64,000 bases of DNA from Blasia pusilla. Taxonomy: Eukaryota. Within the stretch, counting starts at the first letter, position 1; the number at the start of each line of letters is the position of its first letter. The translations under genes were made by a program, and so were the position numbers. Under the pieces are notes generated by a model that was not told the DNA's origin, ran no database searches, and saw only the letters and a program-made list of their open reading frames with translations. The DNA is taken from positions 40,858,001 to 40,922,000 of the forward strand of contig CM114271.1 in assembly GCA_050084515.1 (NCBI GenBank). The letters are read 5' to 3'. This document shows positions 49,501 to 61,602 of this stretch, piece by piece.

Positions 49501-51276
49501 TCTTTTATGTCTTTTCGAATGTGATTGTCTATGTACTCCGCGGACTTCTGTTTTGCAACCCGTCGGATTTCCACGGCTTGCAACTTTTCACTTTTTGACC
49601 ACTGCACCTTTTTAACCACTTCAAGCAACCTGACGGATTCCGACAGGTTTCCTGATCGGACTCTTTCCCTGTTGGTCCAACTTAAGAGGCAGTCTGGCAA
49701 GCTTCTTCACTTTGGCACCTTCCCCTAGTATCATCAAACAAGGCGTAGGCTTCTTCTCTTCTCTCAGACGTGTTGGATTCCTACTACCTGTGGGATTACC
49801 ATCATGGTATTACCAAGGACGGAGCACATATTGATAATGGATGGGTGTCACATTGTAGAGCGTACAAGATATACTGCCGAGGAAGGCGGTGGGACTCAAA
49901 TCAGGTTACATGGGACCGTTATGGTGTACCTAGGGGGGGCCAAGGCTCTCGAATTCGCCAATATTTTTGATCCCGGTCTACAATCAGCCAGAGGAGCCAC
50001 TTGTATCCCAGGACATTCCTTTTGTACAGGAACCTAGGAGAGTTAGGAGTGAATTTGTAGATGACGAGGCTGAAGAAATCATAGACTAGGTCAAATGTAC
50101 ATTTCCGAGGTTCCTTCGGAGGTAATAAAGGACGAGATTTTTTCAACCGATAATGGTGTTTGTAAAAGTTTGTTGGAAATTTTATTTGGACTTGTGGATT
50201 GTGTTCTTTTAGCTACTCATAATTACAATTTTGCAACCCGTATGATTCTGACGAGTTGCAACATTAAGCTTTTTTCCCACTGCAACTTTTTAACCATTTC
50301 TAGGAAAGCTGTCGGATTCCGACAGGTTGGCTGCTTGAGTGATCGGACTCTTTCCCTGTGAGACCAACTTCTGACACATTGTGGAGGGCTTCTTAACTTT
50401 TGGCTCGTTCCCCTACATTGGTCAAACCAGTTGTAGGCTTCTTTTCTTGTCTAAGATGTGCAGGATTCCTACTACCTGTCGGATTGCCATTTCGGATTCC
50501 CAACCCGTTAGATTTTTGTGGGTGCAGGGTGGAAGGGAATCACTTCTCAAAATATTTCCTTTCTTATGGTGAGCTTGCTTGCAAGGGGTGCAAGCCATCT
50601 GATTCCGATGGGTTGCAAGAGTAGCAACCTGTAAAATTCCGATGGGTTGCAAGAGTTGCAAACTGTAAAATTCCGACGGGTTGGGAGGGGTGCAGCTTCT
50701 CGATTTCTCAGATTTAGGATCTGAATGAAGGGACATCAGTTCCTCTTTACTCCAGACAGCTAACAATCTTTTGGTTCAATTATCGTCTCATGTGTTCACA
50801 TTTCACAAAGTTGGTCTTGAGTAGACACCACTCATAACCAACAGAAAGTTGGTTATGAGGCAATTCAGGGGAGGCCATGATGCAGGCAACAATACCTGCA
50901 AAAAGAGAGGTTGGCATCATACCGATGCGCATCCGGGTGTTCCTCCAAAAAAATACCCATAGACATTGCTTATTGTAGACCGAGACAGGCAATGTTAAGA
51001 AACTTTGGCTCACATGGAGAGTGATGGAAAAATGTTTGTAGTGGTCTTATGATGTCTACTTTTTTTCGCCCCTTGGAAAAAGGAGGTTACTTTAGGCCCG
51101 AATGTGGACCACTACCTACTCTCTTCTAAAGATTTCATGAATTTGAAAGCAAACAAAAATTTCAAATATGTCAAAAAGTTTTGAAGAGAGGAGGCGGATT
51201 TGGCCCTTTTTTTTGAAGAGAGACTCTCCTCTCTTCCTCTCCTCTCTTACTCTCTCCTGCCAAAATACCGGGCCCT

Positions 51277-53074
51277 GGTGGATCAGGAGTGGCACTCAGG
51301 GGATGAGCAAGAGAGATCATTTTAACTCCTCAAGGACATATTGATGTCCACACCCATATTGAAGAGACCGATCAGGGGGCGTCCTTTCCAGTTGGATACC
51401 GATTAGAGCATGTTGGGGCTTGGAGTCGTGCTCACACAACATGACTATGATCGTAGAGAGTTCGTGGTAGCTTACGCTAGTCGCTCGAACAACGCTCTAG
51501 AGATGAAGTATAGCTCGTATGAGGGTGAGTGCTTGGCTGTGGTGTGGGCTATTGCACATTTCAGGTGTTATCTATTTGGAAACCCCTTTACCATCATTAT
51601 TGATCATCAGCCACTTGAGTGGTTGATGGAGTACGACAAGCTTACAGGGAAGCTTGCAAGGTGGGCTCTTTTGTTGTAGAAGTATGACTTCCAGGTGGTG
51701 CATAGACCTAGGATGCTCAACCAAGATGTAAATAGTTTGAGCCCTAACCCATACGCAATTCAGCGAGATCCGATTGGAGCTTGTTGGCATAGAGAGAGCA
51801 ATGAGGAGTTATTTCCAGGATGGCACGCGTCAGCCTATTTGGGCTTGTTGGCTAGGAGAGCCAGATTGCTGAGACTTTGATGGCAAGGTCTGATGGAGAG
51901 TCCTTAGATCCAGAGACCGGTGAGGAGATGACAGGTGGCCGATATATTCACGACAAGGGAGTAGTCTTGGAGTACCTGCGTACTAATAGCGTCGCGAGCA
52001 CAGTAGATGCTAGAGAGTGGGATCAAATCCTACAACGAACCACACGGTTCCAGTGGGAGGGGACACATGTGTTGCACATTTGGGAGGAGGGTAGAGTACG
52101 TGTAGTGCCTCATCATTCACAAAGAGCACGTTTGGTACGTCATGCCCACGAGGAGTTGGGTCACTTTGGAGTGAAGTGGAGGTATAACTTACTCTAAATA
52201 TAGTATTGGTGGTGAGGCATGTAGAATGACGTTCAGCTGTTTGTTGCCAAATGCATGGTGTGTGATCGGGTCTGAGTACCATTCAATGCTCCAACTCCAC
52301 AATTACATCCACTTCCAATCATGGGTTAAGGTTATAGATGGAGTTTGGATTTTGCAAGACCTTTGCATTTGACGGAGCGCCATAATCGTTATGTATTGGT
52401 GATGGTCGAGTACTTCTCAAAGTGGATAAAGTTGGTTGCATTTCCTGACAAAGCGAGTAAGGGAGTAGCGTTTGCCTTCCTGGATTGAGTGCTAAGTCAT
52501 TATGGCGCCTAGTAGAGGTGTTGATAGACCCAGGTAGAAATTTTGCGGGGAGTTTAAGGTCTTGTATGATCATGTGTTGATCGACCACTGCACCACTTCG
52601 CGAGATCATCCTCAAGCGGATGGACTAGCGGAGAGGGTTGTGCAGACTTTGAAGAGAGGATTGAGCAAGTATGGTTTGCAGAGAGATCACCTAGGAGATT
52701 GGGACCTCTAGTTGTCGTGGTTGGCGATGGGATACAAATTCAATACGCAAGCATCTTTAGCGTCTTTCTCACTAAACTTGCTACTTTATGGTCAAGAGCC
52801 AGATTTTACCTATGGCCATTTGTCGAGATGTTGGTCAGCTGTTGAATCTTGATGACCTTGATGTATGGATGCGAGCATGTTCTCAGAGGGCTGATTTTTT
52901 TGGAGATTGATTTCCATGGCGTTTGAGAACTTGGCGATTGTGCAGCATCGGGATACGTTGAGGTATGTGACTATTTGGGAAGGTGGTTATCGATCTACTA
53001 TCCGGAGGTTTCATTAGGGAGACTATGTCTACTTGCAGCAGACGACACCCACGACATTGAATGTGGTTGTAGGT
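51277..53074 (+). pseudogene. RT end, RNase H and integrase of the split-repeat Gypsy
   Basis: RPFQLDTD, VVAYASRS, YSSYEGECLAVVWAIAHFRCYL, DHQPLEWL, HAHEELGHFG, WSLDFA, HPQADGLAERVVQTLK. Confidence 0.9.
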
Positions 53075-53090
53075 GTGCGTGAGATTTTGC

Positions 53091-54615
53091 CCAAAATTTT
53101 TGATCCCCGTCTATAATCGGTCAGAGGAGCCACTTGTATCCCAAGATATTCCTTTTGTACAGGAACCTAGGAGAGTTAGGAGTAAATTTGTAGATGACGA
53201 GGCTGAAGAAATCATGGACTAGATCAAATGTACATTTCCGAGCTTCCGTCGGATGTAATAAAGGACACGAAGTTTTTGAACCATGATGGTTTTTGTAAAC
53301 TTATGCTCAATAGTTTTTCGTTCTAGTCGATTGTGTTGGTCTATCTACTCGAGGCTATTTACTTTGCAACCCGTCGGATTTCGACGGGTTGCAACTTGTC
53401 ACAATATTTTAAACCCCTTGCAGGCAACTTGTCGGATTCTGACAGGTTGGCTGCTTGAGTGATCCCACTCTTTTCTTGTTAGTCCAACTTTTCAGGAATT
53501 TTGGTAGGCTCCTTCACCTTTTCCTCGTTCCCCCATTGTCGTCATACCATTCTTCTCTAACACGATATTTCAGAGACGTGTTGGATTCCTACAACCTGTT
53601 GGATTCTCATGTCAAATTTCCAACCAGTCGGGATTCACATGGGTTGCAGGGTGGAATGGAATCACTTCTCAAGATCCTTCTTTTGTTGTGGTTTGCTTGC
53701 TTGCAAGGGGTACAACCCATCGGATTCCAACGGGTTGCAAGAGTTGCAACCTGTCGGATTCCAACGGGTTGGAAGGGTGCAACCTGTCGGATTCTGACAT
53801 TTAGGGTCTGAATGAAGGGACATGGATGCATCGGTTCCTCTTTACTCCTGATAGTTATCAACCTTTTGGTTCAAATTGTCCTCTCAGTCTCATCACATTT
53901 TCTTCTTGATGCATACATTTCTCAGTGGCTGAGAGAATGGTGAAACCAAGTTGTCAAAAACGCATAGCACTCCATGGTATACTTTATGCACCCCCATTCA
54001 TGAGCCAACATCATCCAATGCTATCATGAAAGTCTTTGGCTACCATCAGTGATGAGTGATTTGTTATGTTGTGGAAAACTCCCTATGGATGAGTATTGAT
54101 TGGATGGGATATTTAATGCAAGAAGAGTCAACAATCCATAATGTCAACCACATCTTCAAAGAAGTTAAACCTTGAAAGGCACAGAAGTCTATCGAGACCA
54201 TAGTAAGAGTCTTTATTTGAACCTTTCATTGAGATGAAATTGCTACTTCGGGTCAAATTATCTGCAATTGTCCTCCAACAATAATACCCCTTGGCCCTGC
54301 TTACTGTAGATCTGGCTTAGACAAGCAATGTGAAGAAAATTGGGCTTATGTGGAGAGAGATAGAAGGATGTTTGTAGTGGTCTTATGATGTTTACTTGTT
54401 CTTCCAAGCCTGGAAAAACAAGGTTACTTTAGGCCCGAATGTGGTTCACTTGCTACTCTCTTCTAAAGATTTCATGAATTTAAAAGCAAACAAAAATTTC
54501 AAAAATGTAAAAAAAAATTTGAATAGAGAAGGCGGATTTTGCCCTTTTTTTTTTAAGAGAGACTCTCCTCTCTTCCTCTCCTCTCTTACTCTCTTTTGCC
54601 AGAATACCAGCCCCC
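53091..54615 (-). mobile_element. MULE family copy 3 (ORF2-distal terminal fragment)
   Basis: Homologous to about 49958-51276, including the terminus ...CTCTTACTCTCT...AATACCAGCCCCC; splits the Gypsy integrase tail. Confidence 0.85.
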
Positions 54616-54930
54616 GCGCACTATCTTGAGAATGCGTGAGATTTTACCATCTTGTGTTCTCTTATTGAAGGGATGCGATGGTATGGTTTGGAATGACCAT
54701 GTGCATAATTGTGCGCCATGTCACTTTCCAAACATTAACGGTATAGTTGATCCAAGCTTAGCAGTAGTTCCTACAGGCTTACGATGTATGTTTTGTGGTT
54801 CCGCCCGTGGTGCAACCACTATGCTAGTCTGGGATGGATGTTCGAGAGGATGGCATATGGTATGTTTGACGCCACCTCTCACTAGGGTTCTTTAGGGACG
54901 ATGGACGTGTCCCAGATGTACATAGAGTAG
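54616..54930 (+). pseudogene. Integrase C-terminus with PHD finger
   Basis: RTILRMREILP...CMFC...LVWDGCSRGWHMVCLTPPL...WTCPRC, a C4HC3 spacing with one Cys mutated. Confidence 0.85.
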
Positions 54931-55108
54931 GTAGTTCTAGATTCTGACTTGTGTATGTGATATGGATGACAAGAAGGCGACTAACGATGGAGCCACATGA
55001 GCACCCAGCCATTTTGCTCTTAGCATCATAAAGATGTTTGTCATAGTAGATAGGGATAGATGACTACGTAGAGTTAGAGGGACCTAACCACCAGCTAGGG
55101 AGCGACTA

Positions 55109-55232
55109 GAGATATTTTGGTAGTTCTCGCCTCTATGTTTGGGTGCCATCAATTAGCATGGGATCGTGTGTGTTTGTATGTGTGTTCGGTGACAGCGAAG
55201 TATGTTGTGTAGCGATGTGTATGTGCACAACA
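55109..55232 (+). repeat. Repeat B1
   Basis: GAGATATTTTGGTA...GTGCACAACA, repeated at 55753-55880. Confidence 0.9.
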
Positions 55233-55234
55233 AC

Positions 55235-55749
55235 TATCACATCTTTTAGGATAGATCCGTGAGATCTAGTGGAGCGCCTTCTCGAGTAGTGGAGGACACG
55301 TTGAAGAGGTCGAGGATGACCTTGTGAGCCCTAAGAAACCTGAGAGAGCATGTTTTCCCTTCGTTTCGGCCCATTTGGAGCTATATTGAGGAACTTATTA
55401 TTTTGGGTAATTACCATTTTTTAGTATATTATCAACTTTTTATTTTGGGAAGTGGCCCTTTACCTCCTACATTAGATCAAGAGCCAAGGAGGTGACTTGG
55501 GAGCATAGGTTACCATGGAGAGAGCTTGGGAGAGGGGAGGGGTATACCTCAAGGAGAGAGCTCTTGAGAGCTCATTCTCTCTTTGTTGAATCTCTTGGCA
55601 CAAGGCGGCGGAGCTATGGTCCTTTGCCTTCTGAGTGTAGCCGAAGCCTCTCATTAGAAGAGTGGGTTTGGTTTGACATTGAGAGAAACATGTGAGAGTG
55701 CACATATGTGAGAGCTATGGTGTTCTGAGAGAGATTTGACCTTATTTTA
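55235..55749 (+). repeat. Repeat A2
   Basis: TATCACATCT...CTTATTTTA, homologous to A1. Confidence 0.9.
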
Positions 55750-55752
55750 TTG

Positions 55753-55880
55753 GAGATATTTTGGTACTTCTCGCCTCTATGTTTGGGTATCATGAGTTAG
55801 TATGGGATCGTGCGTGTTTGTGTGTGTGTGTTCAGTGACAACCATATATATATTGTGTAGCGATGTGTATGCGCACGACA
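55753..55880 (+). repeat. Terminal repeat B2
   Basis: Homologous to B1; ends in CA at the junction with the hAT ORF. Confidence 0.9.
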
Positions 55881-57140
55881 AGGCAGAAGGTGAACCCCTA
55901 TATTCTATATGTTCATTTTAATTCTCATAAGACAAATCTTGTTGCTCTGTGTGTTGCAAAAATTGTTGATTGCAATTTGATATCTAATGAAGTACATTCT
56001 CAATACTGCAGTTAGTTACTTCATGAGGTCTTCCAAGAGGAAAACAATTCTCGCATCTTTGTAGTAAAAGTTAAATGACTTCCAACCAGTCATGAAGAGA
56101 TACCATAAAATACGACGGTTATCTTGATGGCAAGTTGTTTCCACATTGTGTGATTCTCTAGAATCGGCGTTGAGTTATTTCAAGGACACTTTTCCTTCAG
56201 AGGATGATGCGAATGCTGCTTATTTCTTTAACAAGGTAAGATCATTCGAAATGATATATCAGTTGTATTTTTTGGCTGATATTCTTTCCATGCTTGCAAA
56301 TATGAGCAAGATTTTTCAATACAAGTTTGTGGATATTAGCATTATAGGGAGTATTAAAAATTTTGAGATAGATGCTATCACTATGAATTTTGTGATGGAA
56401 ACACATTACTTAAATGAATCGACCTTCTCTAAAGATACATGTTATCACATTTTACCTGATTTTGGGCCTCCAAGTGGTTATCTTCAATGTTTACACTGTG
56501 CGGTAAGGATAAAAGGTTCCATAGTATAGAGATGTCCCGAGATTGCACAGGTAGGGACTTGGAGGCTGCCTTATTCTTTCAAAAACAATTTGCAAAAAGT
56601 GTCCGTTGAGCTTTACAGGAACGATCTCGAGATAACCACCTCGTTGGTGCAATGAAAATTCTAAATCCCTTGCACATGCCTTGTAGACAGGTGGTAGTGA
56701 ATAGTTGGGGTTGTAAAGATCTAGATAATTTTTGTGGTTATTTTGGAGCTCAATTACTTCTTAGGGTTCAGTTAAAACTTATTGTGATTAATACTCCTCT
56801 TGTGAAACAAGAGTTTCAGTCTTTAAAATTGATGGCTACCACAAAATGGAAGGATCGCAACTTCAGAGATGTAGAGGCTATGTTAAGCCGGAGTCCCTCT
56901 TTGCAATGTAAATTTTCCAACTTTTTGATTTTAACAAATATTGCTAGAGTCCAATGTGTGAGTACTACCATTTGCGAGAGAGCATTCTCCATCCAGAATA
57001 TGATCAAGAGCAAATCTTGCAATAGGTTATCGACTAAATACTTAGATGTTGTTTTGAGGATTGCCTTAGAAGAACCTTCCTTTGATAATAAAGACTTTTT
57101 GTCTGAGTCTATGGTGTTGTGGAAAAATATTTGTCTCTAG
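55881..57140 (+). pseudogene. hAT transposase, 3' part with dimerization domain
   Basis: Resumes RQKVNPYILYVHFNSHKTNL (HCxAHxxNL-like) and ends with VSTTICERAFSIQNMIKSKSCNRL. Confidence 0.85.
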
Positions 57141-59399
57141 ATGTGGAAGTATACAACAATGAAGTATCTATAAAGTAGGATGTTTAAAATTTTTCCTAAC
57201 AGGGCCCTTTTGGAATATTTGGAGCCCCAAAGCTCCAAGTATTCTAGAGGGGTAGGATCCTTGGCTCCCAACTAGTGGGAGTATTATCAAGCTCAACTCC
57301 TCCCAAGGATATCATAGAATGAGGAATGCATAGTGTCATTTGATGTACTTGAAAGTGAAATGAGGTTTTGGTAGTTAATAGAGTGTTGGAATTTAACTCC
57401 TTAGATTGTTGGAGTGAATGAATGGGAAAAAAAGAAACCCCACATGGATGATTTTTTTTTCAAAAATATTTGAACGGCTGGTTTTCTATCAACGACATGG
57501 AAAAAAACCACGGAAACTAGCTGGAGAGCGGAAATCGAGACACAAATTTGGTACCGGGAAATTTTAAAATTGTGGATTTTCACTTATTAATATTAAAAAA
57601 ATTCAGAAATAACTTATACGTATGAAAAGTTCCAGCTGGAGCCAATAACCTATAAAAAATCCGGATAATAGTTAATATTACCAGTAATAGTGTGACAATT
57701 AATAATTCCCGAACCTTGAAAAGGAGGGAATTATTACTTACATCTTGCTCTAAGTTTATTATTATGAGTCTTCAATAGTGTAGATATTTGGATGAAAAAG
57801 AAAACCAGTAATTCGGTGCAAACAATGCAACGCATTGGTCATAGAGATGGAATCGCAAAATGTGAAGTTTATACGAAAATGGTTCAAGTAAGATATTTCC
57901 AGCAAGCCATTTGACATGTAAACAGCTAATGGAAATGATAGTATGGATAAATTCCCAACTTAATATTTATGAATGTGAAAATCCTACATGAAACCCATTA
58001 CTTGGAAAGAAAAACCCTATCCTTCATAAAAAAATGAAAACAACTTTGAAAGAAAATTACTTATTTTCCCTTACAAGAAGGGAAATCTACTTTCCATTCC
58101 TAACCCTAATAACCGCATTCAAAATAATTCACTCTCAAAATTTTGAAATCTAATTTTTTTTCCATAATGTGATTATTCTCAATCCTCATCTTTGACTCAA
58201 AATTTCCAAAATAAGATGTATTCATCCCTCCTATGCAAGGTTGAATAATCGCTATTATATCATTTATTAAGAAATTAAGAAAACATGGAAATTTTAATGA
58301 GTGGGAGGAAGACTTTGGGAAAATTGAAAAGAAAATGAACCTATAAAAAATATTCTAAATTCTGATTGCAAACTAAATTAATAAGGTGAAAATTTAAACA
58401 TACACCCTCTTAGCTATCAATGTTTTGCCCGTGTGGTGCACTTGGTGAGATGGTTGGGAATGAAAAGACTCATATATGGAGGATGATAATGTGAAAGTAG
58501 TGGACGCATGATGAATAAAGTTTAATCTTAAAAAAAAGATGACAAAAAAAGAAAGATGGATTTTTTTATAATATAACTAACTCGGCTCAAGACAAAATTT
58601 AATATTTTGTCCTTTATTAATCGAGGAAAAATAATTGATCCCTTTTCCAATCCCCATCGTTCAATAGGTAAATGAAAATAACTTATTTTGATGACTTTTT
58701 TTCCCAAAAGAGGGATTAAATTTTTCTCTTTATCTAGCTTGAAAATTAAGAATAATATAGAAACAATACATCTTCCATTATTTTGAAGAACAATTCTTGT
58801 CCCATTAGTGTCCTATTATCCTTTTCAATTTTTTTTTCCAAAAGGCTTGTTAAGTTTCCCCTAAAAAATAAACTTTTTTTTCATAGTTTCGTTGGCACGA
58901 ATCTTGAAAAAGTAATTAAATTTTTTTAAAAATACAATAAAAATGAAAGAGACTCTAGAGGATATATTGCATTGGGAAAGATGTTTTAATTTCTGTTACT
59001 TAAAATTATATAATTCATACAATAATTATTAAAACCTTTCCCATTCTTTTTTCTTCATAGTACAGGGTAAAATTAGAAGGAAAAACTTCATTAATTTGCT
59101 TGATGGACAAATCTGATAGGTGTCATTCATTCATTTGTCTTCAAATTGAGCTAACGCCCTTAATAACATGATTGTTTCGTACCAATTAAAAAATAAATCC
59201 TTAGTGCCCTTGAAATATTTTCTCCATGCCCTTAATATAAAAAAATTGTTTCTCAAGTGCCATGTGTCAATCAAACATATGTTTGGAAATGAAGATATTG
59301 TTCTCCCACAATAATATATAATATAGTTGTAGATATATAAGAAGCCATAAGATGTGATGAAGGTGTTGATAATCTAGCAACATAGATTTGATCAAACAT

Positions 59400-60620
59400 T
59401 GAGATTGGGATGGATTGATTAGTGTACCTTGGATGAGTTCATAAGTTGGAAAAGTTTTGTTCTCAGTTCTAGAGGAAGTGGAAAGCCTCAATGCCTAATC
59501 AATACTCGTATTATATCTAAGGTGGAAAAGAGTTTATATAGAATTAGGATATATAGAATTAGAAGACATAGACACTTTCCGTGTTGCCTTAAGGAACCCT
59601 TGGCTTTCTTTGAAGCTAAGTAGCAAAGGAGTATGAAGTCAGAATAAGAATAGTCAAAGAAGGAGGCTGTTGAAGGAGGGAAACAAGGCAATTTGATCAT
59701 TTTGAATTTAGAACCTTTATTTCTTAGGATTTTTTTTCTTGAAGGGTCCGTAATGGCACTACAAATTGTTGAAGAGGAAGATTATTTCACTGTTTTTATG
59801 TTTCCTTATGATGTATGTTTAATGACGAGCATGGAGTATGAATGCTAGAATGTATATATGATCTTCTTGATTGCAACTTTGAGGACACGTTTGCACAGAG
59901 ACATGGGTAAATATAAGATAAAAGTATCAACTGTGAGTTGGATAGTAAGATGGTATTGGGAATATATAGATAAGATAAGTTGGATGAATATAATCCACCC
60001 AAGACACTAAAATTGGTCCACCCATGGGATCACCTCAAAGTGTGCCATACATTGATTGGAGAATATTGTATTCTTCAAAAGCAACATGGTGAGAGTAGAA
60101 AATGGGCATATCATAGGCATAGAAAGGGCGGAAGGAATGGAATGAGACACTTTCGGGACTTAAAGCTAGAGCAAGGGCCATGTTACCAAGCATAGAGAAT
60201 ATGGTAGGAGTGATCTTAATACGCTTTTATGAAGTAAATCATAGAATTGAGGAATGTGGATGGACGAGTGTAAAAGTGAGAAATAAAGTGTGAATGAATT
60301 AAGGTGAGAAGAGTATTGTAAGAAGCTTTGGAAGCTTTCAGCATGAGACACATGCTCCAAAGATTATCTCCATGGAAAGGAAACAACAGAACGTATGGCT
60401 GTAGAGAATTCAAATGGATATATTTTCCAAAACATGTCCATCTAAAGTCTAAATGTGAGTAGGAGACCCTAAATCTGGTTGTCAATAAGGATCCTAAGGG
60501 TTCCTATGAGAAATTAGTCCACCTACACTAAAAGAAAGGAAACAATAGGGTTGGGCCAATGGCAATTACATCTGCTAAGGACCTCATAGACATTTGGTTT
60601 CATATATAAGAAATTCTTGA
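59400..60620 (+). pseudogene. Possible highly decayed hAT (DUF659-type) transposase remnant
   Basis: Only faint motifs across frameshifts: LRNVDG near 60250 and an SIRIL...SYE...ST...TKRK...NR pattern near 60480-60550. Confidence 0.25.
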
Positions 60621-61602
60621 TACGAATGTTGGTGTTATTGACAACCGCTTAGGATCTGATGACATTGAAAACCTTATACTGCATATCCTTCAATAGGAAT
60701 AAAACACTATATCTACTGAACAAAAGGAATCTGGTGGTACTTCTTTGCACTTCTATAGAAACTCAAGAAATAGGGGCGCTAGTACCAAAGGATTCTATGG
60801 GTAAACATGTAAGACGTAGATACATGTGAGAGAACTATGAATATCAAGAACACACCATGTAAGATATGGACGAGGGTGGGGGAGAGCGGAAAGCATAAAT
60901 GGCTAAAAGTTTAAGCCGTGAATGCTACTTCATTGAGTACATACATCTGGCCTGCCAAATAGCAAAAATAAGAAATGGAAAAAAAAAACCCAAAAACAAA
61001 TAGCGTGAGAGGAATCCAAGAGAGCATATGAGCGAGTTGAAGCATGAGGTGGAGCTAGCGACCAAGATGAAGGTGGTCATGGAAATGGACTTGGTGGTGA
61101 GTATGCTAGAGGAGGAGGAAGAACCCCATCATTGGGACACATATGGGAGGATCCTCTTTGTGATGTTGGGATGACATCATGGATAGTGTAGCTCCAAAAC
61201 ATAATTAAAATATTTTCACTTTAATTTCATAGTTGCGTCCTTCGATAGTAGGAGAGATTAGGAGGATCTCATATGGATGTGTGGGGTTGCATAGATGGAG
61301 GTAACCATTGCCATTACTAGAGAAATCATCATAAAGTTGGGCCAATAATGAGGGGAAGTTAGTGGATAGACTAGACTTACCCAACCAATCACTTACCTGA
61401 ATTTAGGTGATAATGACTTAATGATGGGTCTCAAGTAGACCTCTCAAGGGAAAGGAGTGTAAAAATGAAAAATTAGGGTAGAGACAAAGTATACCAACGC
61501 TCCATGGTGGATCTCAAGAGGAGCATTTGTTGAGCACAATGTTAGGGGCAACTTATACCATGTACAAGGCCCCACTTTGTTTGGATCAACTTTTTTTGTA
61601 CT

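Larger units (their letters stand above)
31316..51276 (-). mobile_element. MULE family copy 2 (both ends present, about 10 kb net)
   Basis: Duplication GGTGGATCAG at 31306-31315 and 51277-51286 (9-10 bp, Mutator-sized) splits the Gypsy RT exactly. The only terminal inverted similarity is degenerate and purine-rich (GAGGAGAGGAAGAGAGGA). Confidence 0.9.
22853..55880 (+). mobile_element. Ty3/gypsy-type retroelement with split direct repeats and PHD-tailed integrase; gag-protease region deleted
   Basis: Termini TGTCAC...CACGACA interrupt the hAT ORF, with an imperfect TSD (AGG-A / AGGCA). RT, RNase H and integrase occur in Gypsy order, in three pieces. Confidence 0.85.
20396..57718 (+). mobile_element. 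hAT DNA transposon (about 4.3 kb net), outermost layer of the nest
   Basis: Exact 8-bp duplication AAAAGGAG at 20388-20395 and 57719-57726. Weak termini CAATGCT / CAAGGTT. The transposase halves lie on both sides of the 33-kb insertion. Confidence 0.85.

Noticed and set aside
22853-55880. DIRS/Ngaro tyrosine-recombinase element, suggested by the split repeats
   Set aside because: No YR motifs seen; a DDE integrase and TG...CA ends are present.
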